The notes beneath the pieces were generated by a model, which was not told the origin of the DNA, ran no database searches, and was given only the letters and a program-made list of their open reading frames with translations. Shown here in pieces: positions 1 to 8,403 of a DNA stretch of 64,000 nt (positions are counted from its first letter, which is position 1; each line of letters starts with the position of its first letter). The stretch comes from Vicingaceae bacterium (GTDB lineage Bacteria > Bacteroidota > Bacteroidia > Flavobacteriales_E > Vicingaceae). The position numbers and the translations under genes were made by a program. Where the stretch lies: contig OZ253956.1 in assembly GCA_965267355.1 (NCBI GenBank), positions 189,654 through 253,653 of the forward strand, read 5' to 3'.

Positions 1-359
1 TGCTCTAACTTATCAGATAATCTATTCTCATTATGATAAGTATTTAATACACTTAAGAGTTTTTTATGACTGTATTTATGACGAACCCTTATACCATTTA
101 AAAATAAGGGAGTTGAAATAGCCATTAATCCTACTCCAACAGGTGGTACTACTGCAGCAACTGCTGTTGTTAATGGTAAAAAAGACATCTGCCCAATTCC
201 TGAATTATCCCTTTTATCAAAATACAGTTCGATAATGGCTATACTAGTATCATTAGTACCATATTGTTGAATATATTCATCATAAGTAAGTTTATTAGAT
301 TTTGCATGGCTTAAGCCAGAAAAAAGAATAAAAATAAGTGCTAAATAAAAGGTTTTCAT
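1..359 (-). CDS. 5' part of a secreted hypothetical protein, gene continues beyond window start (ATG at 359-357; MKTFYLALIFILFSGLSHA signal peptide)
   Basis: Manual reverse translation from 359 downward gives an open frame to position 1 with a classic N-terminal signal peptide. It is missing from the ORF track because it has no stop inside the window. Confidence 0.35.
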   Translation of the reverse strand, partial: MKTFYLALIFILFSGLSHAKSNKLTYDEYIQQYGTNDTSIAIIELYFDKRDNSGIGQMSFLPLTTAVAAVVPPVGVGLMAISTPLFLNGIRVRHKYSHKKLLSVLNTYHNENRLSDKLE

Positions 360-587
360 AATTTAAATTTTAAGTTAATATTATGATGTAAAGTTATTCC
401 GAGCAGAAGTGAATACCCACAGTAGAACAACCCCTTTTTAAGCACTAAACCACCTATTTTACAAAGTAGAATTACCTATTAAGATATAGTCAATTATCAC
501 TATAAGTCCTATACTAAAACATTAAATTAGCTTTAGCCTAGTTAATAGTAACGTAAAAAATAATTTTAAAAATTGCTAACTGATAAT

Positions 588-1559
588 TTACTCTCCAAGT
601 AAATAAGCAAAAATCAACGGTGCAACTATACTTGCATCCGATTCAATAATGAATTTGGGTGAAGTAGTATCCAATTTACCCCAAGTAATTTTCTCGTTTG
701 GTACTGCTCCTGAATACGAACCATAACTTGTTGTAGAGTCACTAATTTGACAGAAATAACTCCAAAACGGAGTATCAGTCCTTTCCATATCCTGGTACAA
801 CATTGGCACCACACAAATAGGAAAATCACCTGCAATACCTCCTCCTATTTGGAAAAAACCAATTCCTTTATCTTCTGCATTATCGGTGTACCAGTCGGCT
901 AAGAATGTCATATACTCAACACCTGATTTCATGGTACTTGGCTTTAACTCACCTTTTAAGCAGTAAGAGGCAAAAATATTACCCATTGTTGAATCTTCCC
1001 AACCAGGAACAATAATAGGTAAGTTCTTTTCTGCAGCAGCTAACATCCAGCTGTTTTTAGGATCAATCTCATAATATTGTTCTAGCACTCCAGAAAGCAA
1101 CATTTTATACATAAACTCATGCGGAAAATATCGCTCTCCTTTTTCTTCGGCATCTTTCCAAATGTCAAAAATGTGTCCTTGCAATCTTCTAAAAGCCTCT
1201 TCCTCTGGTATACAAGTATCGGTAACTCTATTCGATCCTTGTTCTAATAAATCCCATTCTTGCTGTGGTGTTAAATCACGGTAATTTGGCACTCTTTTAT
1301 AATGCGAATGAGCTACCAAGTTCATGATGTCTTCCTCCAAGTTAGCACCCGTACAAGAAATGATTTGAACTTTATCTTGCCTAATCATTTCAGCCAATGA
1401 AATGCCCAACTCAGCAGTACTCATAGCACCTGCCAAAGAGATTAACATTTTTTTATCCTCTGCTAAATGTTTTTCATAAGCTTTTGCTGCATCAACCAAA
1501 GTTGCTGCGTTAAAGTGTTTGTAATGCTTTTCTATAAATTGAGAAATAGTTCCTGCCAT
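588..1559 (-). CDS. deoxyhypusine synthase-like protein, probable homospermidine synthase
   Basis: 323 aa with full-length similarity to the deoxyhypusine synthase family (NAD-binding, MAGTISQFIEKHY... N-terminus typical of bacterial DHS-like proteins). It is the last gene of the speA-speB operon. Confidence 0.75.
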   Translation of the reverse strand: MAGTISQFIEKHYKHFNAATLVDAAKAYEKHLAEDKKMLISLAGAMSTAELGISLAEMIRQDKVQIISCTGANLEEDIMNLVAHSHYKRVPNYRDLTPQQEWDLLEQGSNRVTDTCIPEEEAFRRLQGHIFDIWKDAEEKGERYFPHEFMYKMLLSGVLEQYYEIDPKNSWMLAAAEKNLPIIVPGWEDSTMGNIFASYCLKGELKPSTMKSGVEYMTFLADWYTDNAEDKGIGFFQIGGGIAGDFPICVVPMLYQDMERTDTPFWSYFCQISDSTTSYGSYSGAVPNEKITWGKLDTTSPKFIIESDASIVAPLIFAYLLGE

Positions 1560-1560
1560 T

Positions 1561-2337
1561 TTATAAATTTTTAAATATCACTTGTATAACTTCAAACAAT
1601 ATTAAGATAATAATTATCCACTCCAACTTGCTACTGTGCTTGTGTTGAATAATTGCTTGAAAAAAATCTAAATTTTCTTTTACTATATTAAGGTTGTTTT
1701 GCAATTCATGAAAACGATTGACCACATCTAATTGTAATCGAAGGTCGTTATCTAAGTTAGCCAATTGCTCATCCGACCAAGCCAAATTAGTTGTTTCAAA
1801 TATGTATAAATTCTTAGCTATTCTGTTTTTAATGTTCATTGTTTCGCCTATGAATCTTCGCATCTCTTTAAACGACAGCAAAACATTACCTTTCTGCTCT
1901 AACTGATTGGTATAAACTTCTATCTGAGCTAATAATTTACTGGTATCATTATTATAATGATCTATTGCTACTGATTGCGCCAAATTAAACGAAATCACTT
2001 GGGCAACATCATCGTTTATTTCTTTCAAATAAATAACATCAAACCCCACATTTTGAGGCTTATTTTCCTCAACTAAAATAGCGTATTCTTCAAAAGGAAG
2101 TTCGCTTAATTGAAGCGTATTGGAGGACAAATCATCAATTAAACTTTTAATGTGTTGTTCGGAGCAATTAATAAAAACAATACTACCATAATCTTTAATG
2201 TACAAATAGGAGTTTTCATCTAGCTGATAAAACAAGTAAGACTGTTCCTTTCTTATAAGCGTTAAGTTAATTTTACTTTGAACTTCACTTATATTAAATC
2301 TCTCCTCTAAATGATATGAAACGGCATTTAGTTTCAT
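1561..2337 (-). CDS. DUF155 / RMD1 (Sif2)-family protein
   Basis: 258 aa, cytoplasmic, resembling the RMD1/DUF155 family by pattern. It is coupled to speB by a 4-bp overlap and ends 1 bp before the dhs-like gene. Confidence 0.4.
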   Translation of the reverse strand: MKLNAVSYHLEERFNISEVQSKINLTLIRKEQSYLFYQLDENSYLYIKDYGSIVFINCSEQHIKSLIDDLSSNTLQLSELPFEEYAILVEENKPQNVGFDVIYLKEINDDVAQVISFNLAQSVAIDHYNNDTSKLLAQIEVYTNQLEQKGNVLLSFKEMRRFIGETMNIKNRIAKNLYIFETTNLAWSDEQLANLDNDLRLQLDVVNRFHELQNNLNIVKENLDFFQAIIQHKHSSKLEWIIIILILFEVIQVIFKNL

Positions 2338-3185
2338 TTATCAAGACAAAACTTATAAGAAAGTAATTTGTAATACAGTTTTGCTGCTAAAAAATTAGGT
2401 GCTGATAATCCTTCAATTGGAGCTAACTCTACAATATCAAAACCAACCACATTTTTAGCTTGCATTACTTTCTTCAAATAATTAATGGTATCATTCCAAT
2501 TTAGCCCTCCTGGTTCTGGAGTTCCCGTTGATGGCATTATGGATGGGTCAAAAGCATCTAAATCAATGGTAATGTAAACATCATCTGTCATTAATCTTAT
2601 GGAATCTTCCATCCAATTGGTTGTTCCATAAATGTCTTCAGCAAAAAAGCATTTATCAGGATTTAAGTGTTCTTTTTCAGAAACATCCATACTTCTGATA
2701 CCAACTTGAATCAGATTAGCATTTTTACTAGCATCATAAACTGCACAAGCGTGATTGTATTTAGAACCGTGATACTCTGGTCTTAAATCAGCATGAGCAT
2801 CAATTTGAAGTACAGTAAGGTTATCGTACTTCTCGTAAAATGCTTTGATTAAACCAATGCTAATGGAATGCTCCCCTCCAAAGAAGGTTAAGAATTTGTC
2901 TTTGGTTAACAGTTCTTTAGTACTATTATAAACTGCATTAAACATTGCTTCAGGGGAAGCATCTTCGGTAATAGCCGGCAAAATATGTACGCCTTGCTCG
3001 TAAACTTCAGCGTCAGTTTCAATATCATAAAGCTCCATGTTTTCCAGCGCATCTAAAAACACTTCAAAACCTTTATCAGCTCCTTTACCCCAAGTACTTG
3101 TTCCATCATAAGGAATGGATTGCAACCAAATTTTCGCGAAGTCTTTATTGCAATACTTGTCTTCTATTCCAGCAAAATTTCTCAT
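2334..3185 (-). CDS. speB: agmatinase (arginase/ureohydrolase family)
   Basis: Arginase-fold motifs (GGEHSIS, DAHADL, DLDAFDPS) of the binuclear Mn site. Overlaps speA stop by 4 bp. Confidence 0.8.
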   Translation of the reverse strand: MRNFAGIEDKYCNKDFAKIWLQSIPYDGTSTWGKGADKGFEVFLDALENMELYDIETDAEVYEQGVHILPAITEDASPEAMFNAVYNSTKELLTKDKFLTFFGGEHSISIGLIKAFYEKYDNLTVLQIDAHADLRPEYHGSKYNHACAVYDASKNANLIQVGIRSMDVSEKEHLNPDKCFFAEDIYGTTNWMEDSIRLMTDDVYITIDLDAFDPSIMPSTGTPEPGGLNWNDTINYLKKVMQAKNVVGFDIVELAPIEGLSAPNFLAAKLYYKLLSYKFCLDK

Positions 3186-4588
3186 TGGTTGTAACCTAAC
3201 AGTTTAAACATATCCTCTGCCGATTGCTCATTACGATAAACATAATCAACAATATTTCCTTTATCATCTCTATCTATTATTACATGCTTTGGTGATGGAA
3301 TTAAACAGTGTTTTATACCACCATAACCAGAAATAGCATCTTGATATGCGCCTGTATGGAAAAAACCGAGATACAATGGCTCTTTTTCTTTATCCTCATA
3401 CTTCGGTAATAACACTTCTTGGTTTAAATCTTCAGAATTATAATAATCCGAATGATCGCAGCTTATTCCTCCAATGTTTACACGTCCATACTCATTTTGC
3501 CATTTGTTAATGGGCAACAAAATAAATTTTTCGTGTATCGACCACGCATCTGGAATGGTATTCATCAAACTATTGTTAATCATGTACCAAGTCTCCGTAT
3601 CGTTTTGGTGCTTTTGCTCCAATACTTCAAAAATGATCGCACCACTTTCTCCAACAGTATATTTTCCAAATTCGGTGTAAATGTCTGGCTCTGGAATATC
3701 TTGCTCTACACAAGCCTCTTTAATGTTTTTGATTATCTCATTAATGATGTATTCATAATCATATTCAAAACCTAAATTGTTGCGAATGGGAAATCCTCCA
3801 CCTAAATTAAAAGAATCTAACGCTTTGCTTTCTTTCTTTAAATCGGTATAAATTTTCAACGCTTTTTGAAATTCACCCCAATAATAAAGGTTGTCTTTAA
3901 TACCAGAATCAACAAAAAAGTGAAGCATTTTTAATTCAACTTTATCATTATCTCTGATGTTCTTCTTAAAAAAACTTACCAATTCATTTTCTCTAATTCC
4001 TAATCTAGAGGTATAATAAGATGATTGTGGTTCTTCATTAATGGCCATTCTCATTCCTATTTTCACTTTGTTTTTTCCAGCAACTTTTAAAATTCTTTTC
4101 AACTCAGATTTACTATCCAACACAACAATTATATTGCTAAAACCTTGTTCTTGAATACCGATAATCTTTTTGAGGTAGTCATCCGTTTTATAGCCGTTGC
4201 AAATAATGGTTATATCCTTATCTATTTTTTTATCTTGATAAAGATTAAGAATCAAATCAATATCAAATGCTGAAGAAGTTTCGAGATGCACTCCATTTTT
4301 TACAGCCTCTGATACCACATGCGAAAAGTGATTACACTTGGTGCAGTAGCAGTAATTATAAGAGCCTTTATAACCATTCTTTTTAATGGCTCTATTAAAT
4401 AGATTTTTAGCTTTTTTTATTTGGTCACCAATTTTAGGTAAGTAAATAAACCTAAAAGGTGTTCCATACTTTTCAATCAGGTGTTTTATCGATATCCCAT
4501 GAAAAGTTAATGAATCGTTTTTTAAATCAAACCCTTCTTGTGGAAAGTAGTAGGTTTGATCTATTAAATCAAAATATGTGTTTTTCAT
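3182..4588 (-). CDS. speA: biosynthetic arginine decarboxylase (PLP-dependent, short Bacteroidota form)
   Basis: 468 aa with fold-III PLP decarboxylase similarity (YCTKCNHF..., GGGFPI region). First gene of the polyamine operon. Confidence 0.8.
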   Translation of the reverse strand: MKNTYFDLIDQTYYFPQEGFDLKNDSLTFHGISIKHLIEKYGTPFRFIYLPKIGDQIKKAKNLFNRAIKKNGYKGSYNYCYCTKCNHFSHVVSEAVKNGVHLETSSAFDIDLILNLYQDKKIDKDITIICNGYKTDDYLKKIIGIQEQGFSNIIVVLDSKSELKRILKVAGKNKVKIGMRMAINEEPQSSYYTSRLGIRENELVSFFKKNIRDNDKVELKMLHFFVDSGIKDNLYYWGEFQKALKIYTDLKKESKALDSFNLGGGFPIRNNLGFEYDYEYIINEIIKNIKEACVEQDIPEPDIYTEFGKYTVGESGAIIFEVLEQKHQNDTETWYMINNSLMNTIPDAWSIHEKFILLPINKWQNEYGRVNIGGISCDHSDYYNSEDLNQEVLLPKYEDKEKEPLYLGFFHTGAYQDAISGYGGIKHCLIPSPKHVIIDRDDKGNIVDYVYRNEQSAEDMFKLLGYNQ

Positions 4589-4752
4589 TTCAAATTATAG
4601 TCCGCATTAATGTCACAAAAAAAGTGAAATAACCAATGCAAATACTATTTATATTTTAATAATTCAACTAATAAAATAATAGATGTGAGAATTAAACTCA
4701 GGATGATGACAATTCCAAGTCTATTTTGATAAAAATATTTCATATTATATCA

Positions 4753-4911
4753 TTAAATAAACAATTCATATCCATCATATTTATCCTGTTCATCTAAAAA
4801 CCATTTAGGATATTTTTTTTCTTTTCTATTTTTCTTCAAAAACTTTTTCTTCCTAATTTTGTCCACTTCTTCCTCTAAACTTTTAAAGTATCTTTTTTTA
4901 TTCTTTGCCAT
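4753..4911 (-). CDS. possible 52-aa lysine-rich small protein (MAKNKKRYFKSLEEEVDKIRKKKFLKKNRKEKKYPKWFLDEQDKYDGYELFI)
   Basis: Found by manual translation of the 409-bp gap upstream of speA on the same strand. It falls below the ORF-track size cutoff, has no recognisable homology, and could be spurious in AT-rich DNA. Confidence 0.2.
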   Translation of the reverse strand: MAKNKKRYFKSLEEEVDKIRKKKFLKKNRKEKKYPKWFLDEQDKYDGYELFI

Positions 4912-4927
4912 TTTAATCGTTTTTATG

Positions 4928-4949
4928 GAGCGGCAAAATGCCGCTCCGT
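4928..4949 (-). terminator. perfect 9-bp stem hairpin GGAGCGGCA-AAAT-GCCGCTCC, 50 nt downstream of the PepSY-like gene
   Basis: Perfect inverted repeat seen in sequence. It is flanked by A/T-rich sequence but lacks a clean U-run on the minus strand. Confidence 0.3.
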
Positions 4950-4997
4950 ATTTAGTTTGATAGGTATGTATATTTGGTTAAACTAGTAAACCTTTAT

Positions 4998-5456
4998 TTA
5001 GTATTCATCTTCTTCGTAATCACCTTCATCAGTATTATTCACAAACTCTTCTGATGATAAAATTTTTCCAGTTTTGTCAGCAACAATACTGTATGATGCA
5101 TCATCATTGCTTGCACTAATTTCATAGCTTACATTTCCCGCACCAGTTTCAATTAAAGTAATAGCATCTACAGTAGCACTATTAAAACTTGCCTTAACTG
5201 CTTTAGCAATTACAGCTGGAGCTTCGTCCAGTGATGTTCTAGTTTCCATGTGCTTGCCTTCTTCACTAAACGTAGCCGATTTGGACAAATCTCCCTCATA
5301 AAAATTTGCAACATAATCTAAATCATTCATATCCCATTCAGTTTCCTGAGCTTTCGGAAACTTAACCTGAAATGCTTTTGAAACACTTGATGGAACATCT
5401 TGAGCAAATAATGCAGAACTAGCAATAATAAATGCTCCTAATAAACTTTTTTTCAT
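4998..5456 (-). CDS. PepSY-like (DUF2874-type) secreted protein; the ORF-track start at 5501 is probably too long, signal peptide begins at MKKSLLGAFIIASSALFAQ
   Basis: Signal peptide followed by the F..FP.A....W.....Y...F pattern typical of Bacteroidota PepSY-like proteins. Acidic C-terminus. Confidence 0.4.
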   Translation of the reverse strand: MKKSLLGAFIIASSALFAQDVPSSVSKAFQVKFPKAQETEWDMNDLDYVANFYEGDLSKSATFSEEGKHMETRTSLDEAPAVIAKAVKASFNSATVDAITLIETGAGNVSYEISASNDDASYSIVADKTGKILSSEEFVNNTDEGDYEEDEY

Positions 5457-5514
5457 AATTAAAATTTTAAAAAAATGAATTAATCCAGGTGGGTTATTCA
5501 CTGGTACTACCCAA

Positions 5515-5763
5515 TTAAACGTTTATGATTTTCATATCACTAATAATGTTGATACTATTATCCAAATCATCAATTCGATTATTAGATTGAGTTTGAAAAA
5601 AATCAATCTGAAACCATTGATCTTGATTAACAGTATCATTTAAATGATACTCTTCAATTAAATCTTTTCTACATTTCACAAAAAGGTGAGTCTTACCTTG
5701 GCTATCAATAAAACAATAACATTTGTTTTCGTAGCCTACGAATTTAAAATTTGCTTTTTTCAT
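5515..5763 (-). CDS. hypothetical 82-aa protein
   Basis: ORF only, no recognisable motif. Confidence 0.25.
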   Translation of the reverse strand: MKKANFKFVGYENKCYCFIDSQGKTHLFVKCRKDLIEEYHLNDTVNQDQWFQIDFFQTQSNNRIDDLDNSINIISDMKIINV

Positions 5764-5778
5764 CCTTTTACTTATCAG

Positions 5779-6042
5779 TTATTCATCTTCATCCCCAAAT
5801 CCATCTTCAAATGATGATGATTCTTCATCTTGTGAATAATCGTTATCCTCCTCTTCTACCTCAGGTGAAAAATTCAATATAACTAACCATTCTTCATCCT
5901 GACTATTTACAAGTACAGCTTTCTTTTGAGATTGATTTATAGCAACATCAAGAAGATTTAATGCGTTATACTTCAAGTCATTTAAAATTTGTTTTCTCCA
6001 AATTGGCGAAAGACTATCGTAATGTTTAATTTTTCTAGTCAT
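5779..6042 (-). CDS. hypothetical 87-aa protein with strongly acidic Asp/Glu/Ser tail
   Basis: ORF only. Divergently arranged with the Lrp/AsnC regulator. Confidence 0.3.
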   Translation of the reverse strand: MTRKIKHYDSLSPIWRKQILNDLKYNALNLLDVAINQSQKKAVLVNSQDEEWLVILNFSPEVEEEDNDYSQDEESSSFEDGFGDEDE

Positions 6043-6129
6043 AGCTAATTATTTAGTTATTTTATCTGCAATTTTATACTATAATGAAATATAAACGTTT
6101 CATAAATATAATATTTGGTGTATTTTTAT

Positions 6130-6137
6130 TAAATTTG
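6130..6137 (+). promoter_or_regulatory. Bacteroidota sigma-A -7 box TAAATTTG, 28 nt upstream of the Lrp/AsnC start
   Basis: Exact match to TAnnTTTG. A TTG lies at 6114-6116 as a possible -33 element. Confidence 0.3.
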
Positions 6138-6164
6138 ATTATTTAATAGTTTTTTTCACTAACA

Positions 6165-6617
6165 ATGGATAATTACGATAAGAAAATCCTTGATTTTCTC
6201 CAAAAAAACGCCAAGCTTACAGCTAAAGAAATGGCTGATAAAATCTCGTTAAGTCAAACCCCAGTATATGAGCGGATTAAAAAGTTAGAAAAAGTTGGGA
6301 TAATTAAAAAATATGTTGCCCTATTAGACGCTGAAGTACTAGGTAAAGGCTTTATTGTTTTCATGAACATAACCATTAAGGATCATAGCCATGAACAACG
6401 GCAAAAATTTATCAAAGCCATATCTTCTTTAAAAGATGTTACCGAGCTATATCACACATCTGGTTCATTTGATTTTTTGGCTAAAGTTAGATTTGCCAAT
6501 GTAAAAGAGTACAGAGATTTTTTGGTAAACGATATAGCTACTGTCGATAATATTAGTGATATTGACAGTCAAATTGTTCTCGAAGAAATTAAATATTCAA
6601 CCTACATTCCTGTATAG
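6165..6617 (+). CDS. Lrp/AsnC family transcriptional regulator
   Basis: 150 aa with an N-terminal HTH and a C-terminal RAM domain; typical AsnC-family length and pattern. Confidence 0.8.
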   Translation: MDNYDKKILDFLQKNAKLTAKEMADKISLSQTPVYERIKKLEKVGIIKKYVALLDAEVLGKGFIVFMNITIKDHSHEQRQKFIKAISSLKDVTELYHTSGSFDFLAKVRFANVKEYRDFLVNDIATVDNISDIDSQIVLEEIKYSTYIPV

Positions 6618-6635
6618 ATTTTTTACTTTTGTGGT

Positions 6636-7160
6636 ATGCCAAAAACATTAATGATATTAGCTCACCCAAGAATTGAAGAATCTATTGGCAATAAAATTAT
6701 TAGTGAATTAACCAATAAAGAAGATGATGTTGAAATTAGGCACTTAAACAGCCTTTATCCTGATTTTAAAATCGACATCAAAGCTGAACAAGAGGCTATG
6801 GAAAATGCGGACACTATTATTTTTCAATACCCACTTTATTGGTACAGTACTCCTGCCATTTTAAAAGAGTGGATAGATCAGGTGTTTGAATATGGATTTG
6901 CTTTTGGAACTGGAGCAAAACTGACAGGCAAAAAAGTAATTGTTTCAGTAACCATTGGCAGCGGCAAAAAAGATTACCCCCAAGAAGTAATTGATAAAAT
7001 GTTATTCCCCTTTCAGGGCTTAGCCGCTTATTGCAAAATGAATTATGTTGGTGAAGTTCTATCAAACAACATTAACAATTATACCCCTGAAGCTGCTGAA
7101 AAAGCAAAAGAAACTTCTAAAGAGCATGCCCAACGATTAATAGAATTGATTAATTCTTAA
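6636..7160 (+). CDS. NAD(P)H dehydrogenase (quinone) / flavodoxin-like fold family protein
   Basis: 174 aa showing the Flavodoxin_2 family pattern (MPKTLMILAHP..., QYPLYWYSTPAILKEWIDQVF). Confidence 0.7.
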   Translation: MPKTLMILAHPRIEESIGNKIISELTNKEDDVEIRHLNSLYPDFKIDIKAEQEAMENADTIIFQYPLYWYSTPAILKEWIDQVFEYGFAFGTGAKLTGKKVIVSVTIGSGKKDYPQEVIDKMLFPFQGLAAYCKMNYVGEVLSNNINNYTPEAAEKAKETSKEHAQRLIELINS

Positions 7161-7179
7161 AGTAGTACATTTACTAACT

Positions 7180-8400
7180 ATGAACTTTAACGATTTAGGA
7201 TTTGACCCAGAGGTAATGGAAGCTCTGGATGCTATGGGTTTTGAAACACCCACCCCAATACAAGAGAAAGCCATACCCGACATTATGAAAAACAAAGACA
7301 TGATTGGTTGTGCCCAAACAGGTACAGGTAAAACAGCAGCTTTTGTTCTTCCCATTTTAAATGCAATTTGTAAACGTGGTAGCTCCAGCAAGGTTAGTAC
7401 TATGATTATTGTTCCTACTCGTGAATTAGCCATTCAAATTGACCAACAAGTAGAAGGGTTAAGTTATTTTACCAATGCTACATCAATAGCCATTTATGGT
7501 GGTGGAGATGGACAAACTTTTGAAGCAGAAAAGAAAGCTTTAACCACCGGTGCTGATATTGTGATTTGCACCCCTGGAAGGATGATATCGCATTTAAACA
7601 TGGGTTATTTTGACACTTCTGGAGTAAAGCATTTTATTTTAGATGAAGCGGATAGAATGCTAGACATGGGTTTTAATGACGATATCATGAAAATAGCAAA
7701 AGAGCTCCCTAAAGAAAGACAAAACTTGCTTTTTTCAGCTACCATGCCTCCAAAAATTAGGCAACTGGCAAACAGTCTTTTAAAAGATCCTGTAACTGTA
7801 AATATTGCTATTTCTAAACCTAACGAAGGCATTTTACAAGCTGCCTATTTGGTGCATAATCACCAAAAAATTGAATTGATTAAGCATCTACTAAAAGGCA
7901 AAGATCATGACCACATTATCGTTTTTTCGTCTAGAAAAAGTACTGTAAAAGAAATTACCCGAGCATTAAACCAACAAGGATTACCCGCAAAAGGAATACA
8001 TTCCGATTTAAACCAACAAGAGCGTGAACAAGTATTGCTCGACTTCAAAAACAAGAAAGTAAAAATGCTGGTGGCTACAGATATTTTATCTCGTGGCATT
8101 GACATTAAAGGAATTAACCTGGTTATCAATTACGACATTCCTTCTGACGCAGAAGACTATGTACACCGAATTGGAAGAACAGCCCGAGGTGATAATACTG
8201 GAGTAGCCATTACTTTTATTAATGGTGATGAGTGCTATAACTTCTCTAAAATTGAAAAACTAATAGACAAAGAAGTTAGAAAATTAGCCTTACCTGAAGG
8301 TTTTGAACCTGGGCCAGAATATAAGATTGAGCAAAAAAAATCATTTCGAAAAAAGAAACCTTACCATAAAAAAAAGAATTGGAAACCTCGTAAAAACTAA
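7180..8400 (+). CDS. DEAD-box ATP-dependent RNA helicase
   Basis: Motif I AQTGTGKT, Ia PTRELA, II DEAD, III SAT, VI HRIGRTAR, plus a basic K/R-rich C-terminal tail. Confidence 0.85.
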   Translation: MNFNDLGFDPEVMEALDAMGFETPTPIQEKAIPDIMKNKDMIGCAQTGTGKTAAFVLPILNAICKRGSSSKVSTMIIVPTRELAIQIDQQVEGLSYFTNATSIAIYGGGDGQTFEAEKKALTTGADIVICTPGRMISHLNMGYFDTSGVKHFILDEADRMLDMGFNDDIMKIAKELPKERQNLLFSATMPPKIRQLANSLLKDPVTVNIAISKPNEGILQAAYLVHNHQKIELIKHLLKGKDHDHIIVFSSRKSTVKEITRALNQQGLPAKGIHSDLNQQEREQVLLDFKNKKVKMLVATDILSRGIDIKGINLVINYDIPSDAEDYVHRIGRTARGDNTGVAITFINGDECYNFSKIEKLIDKEVRKLALPEGFEPGPEYKIEQKKSFRKKKPYHKKKNWKPRKN

Positions 8401-8403
8401 ATT

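Noticed and set aside
626-835. 69-aa ORF nested antisense or out-of-frame within the dhs-like gene
   Set aside because: It lies entirely inside a well-supported conserved CDS, has no motif, and is a typical AT-rich spurious ORF. The same reasoning applies to 1718..1906, 3452..3775, 3474..3680, 6817..7065, 7137..7433, 7605..7832, 7905..8129, 8826..9056, 11282..11497, 12024..12218, 12236..12424, 12718..12918, 13557..13742, 15451..15844, 16307..16492, 19900..20085, 20194..20379, 23435..23654, 24064..24252, 24969..25187, 26616..26816, 28791..29042, 33988..34182, 37018..37206, 38727..38945, 40548..40739, 41019..41234, 46479..46661, 47160..47378, 48258..48747, 49693..50083, 50596..50958, 52387..52584, 54717..54962, 55338..55535 and 59973..60155.
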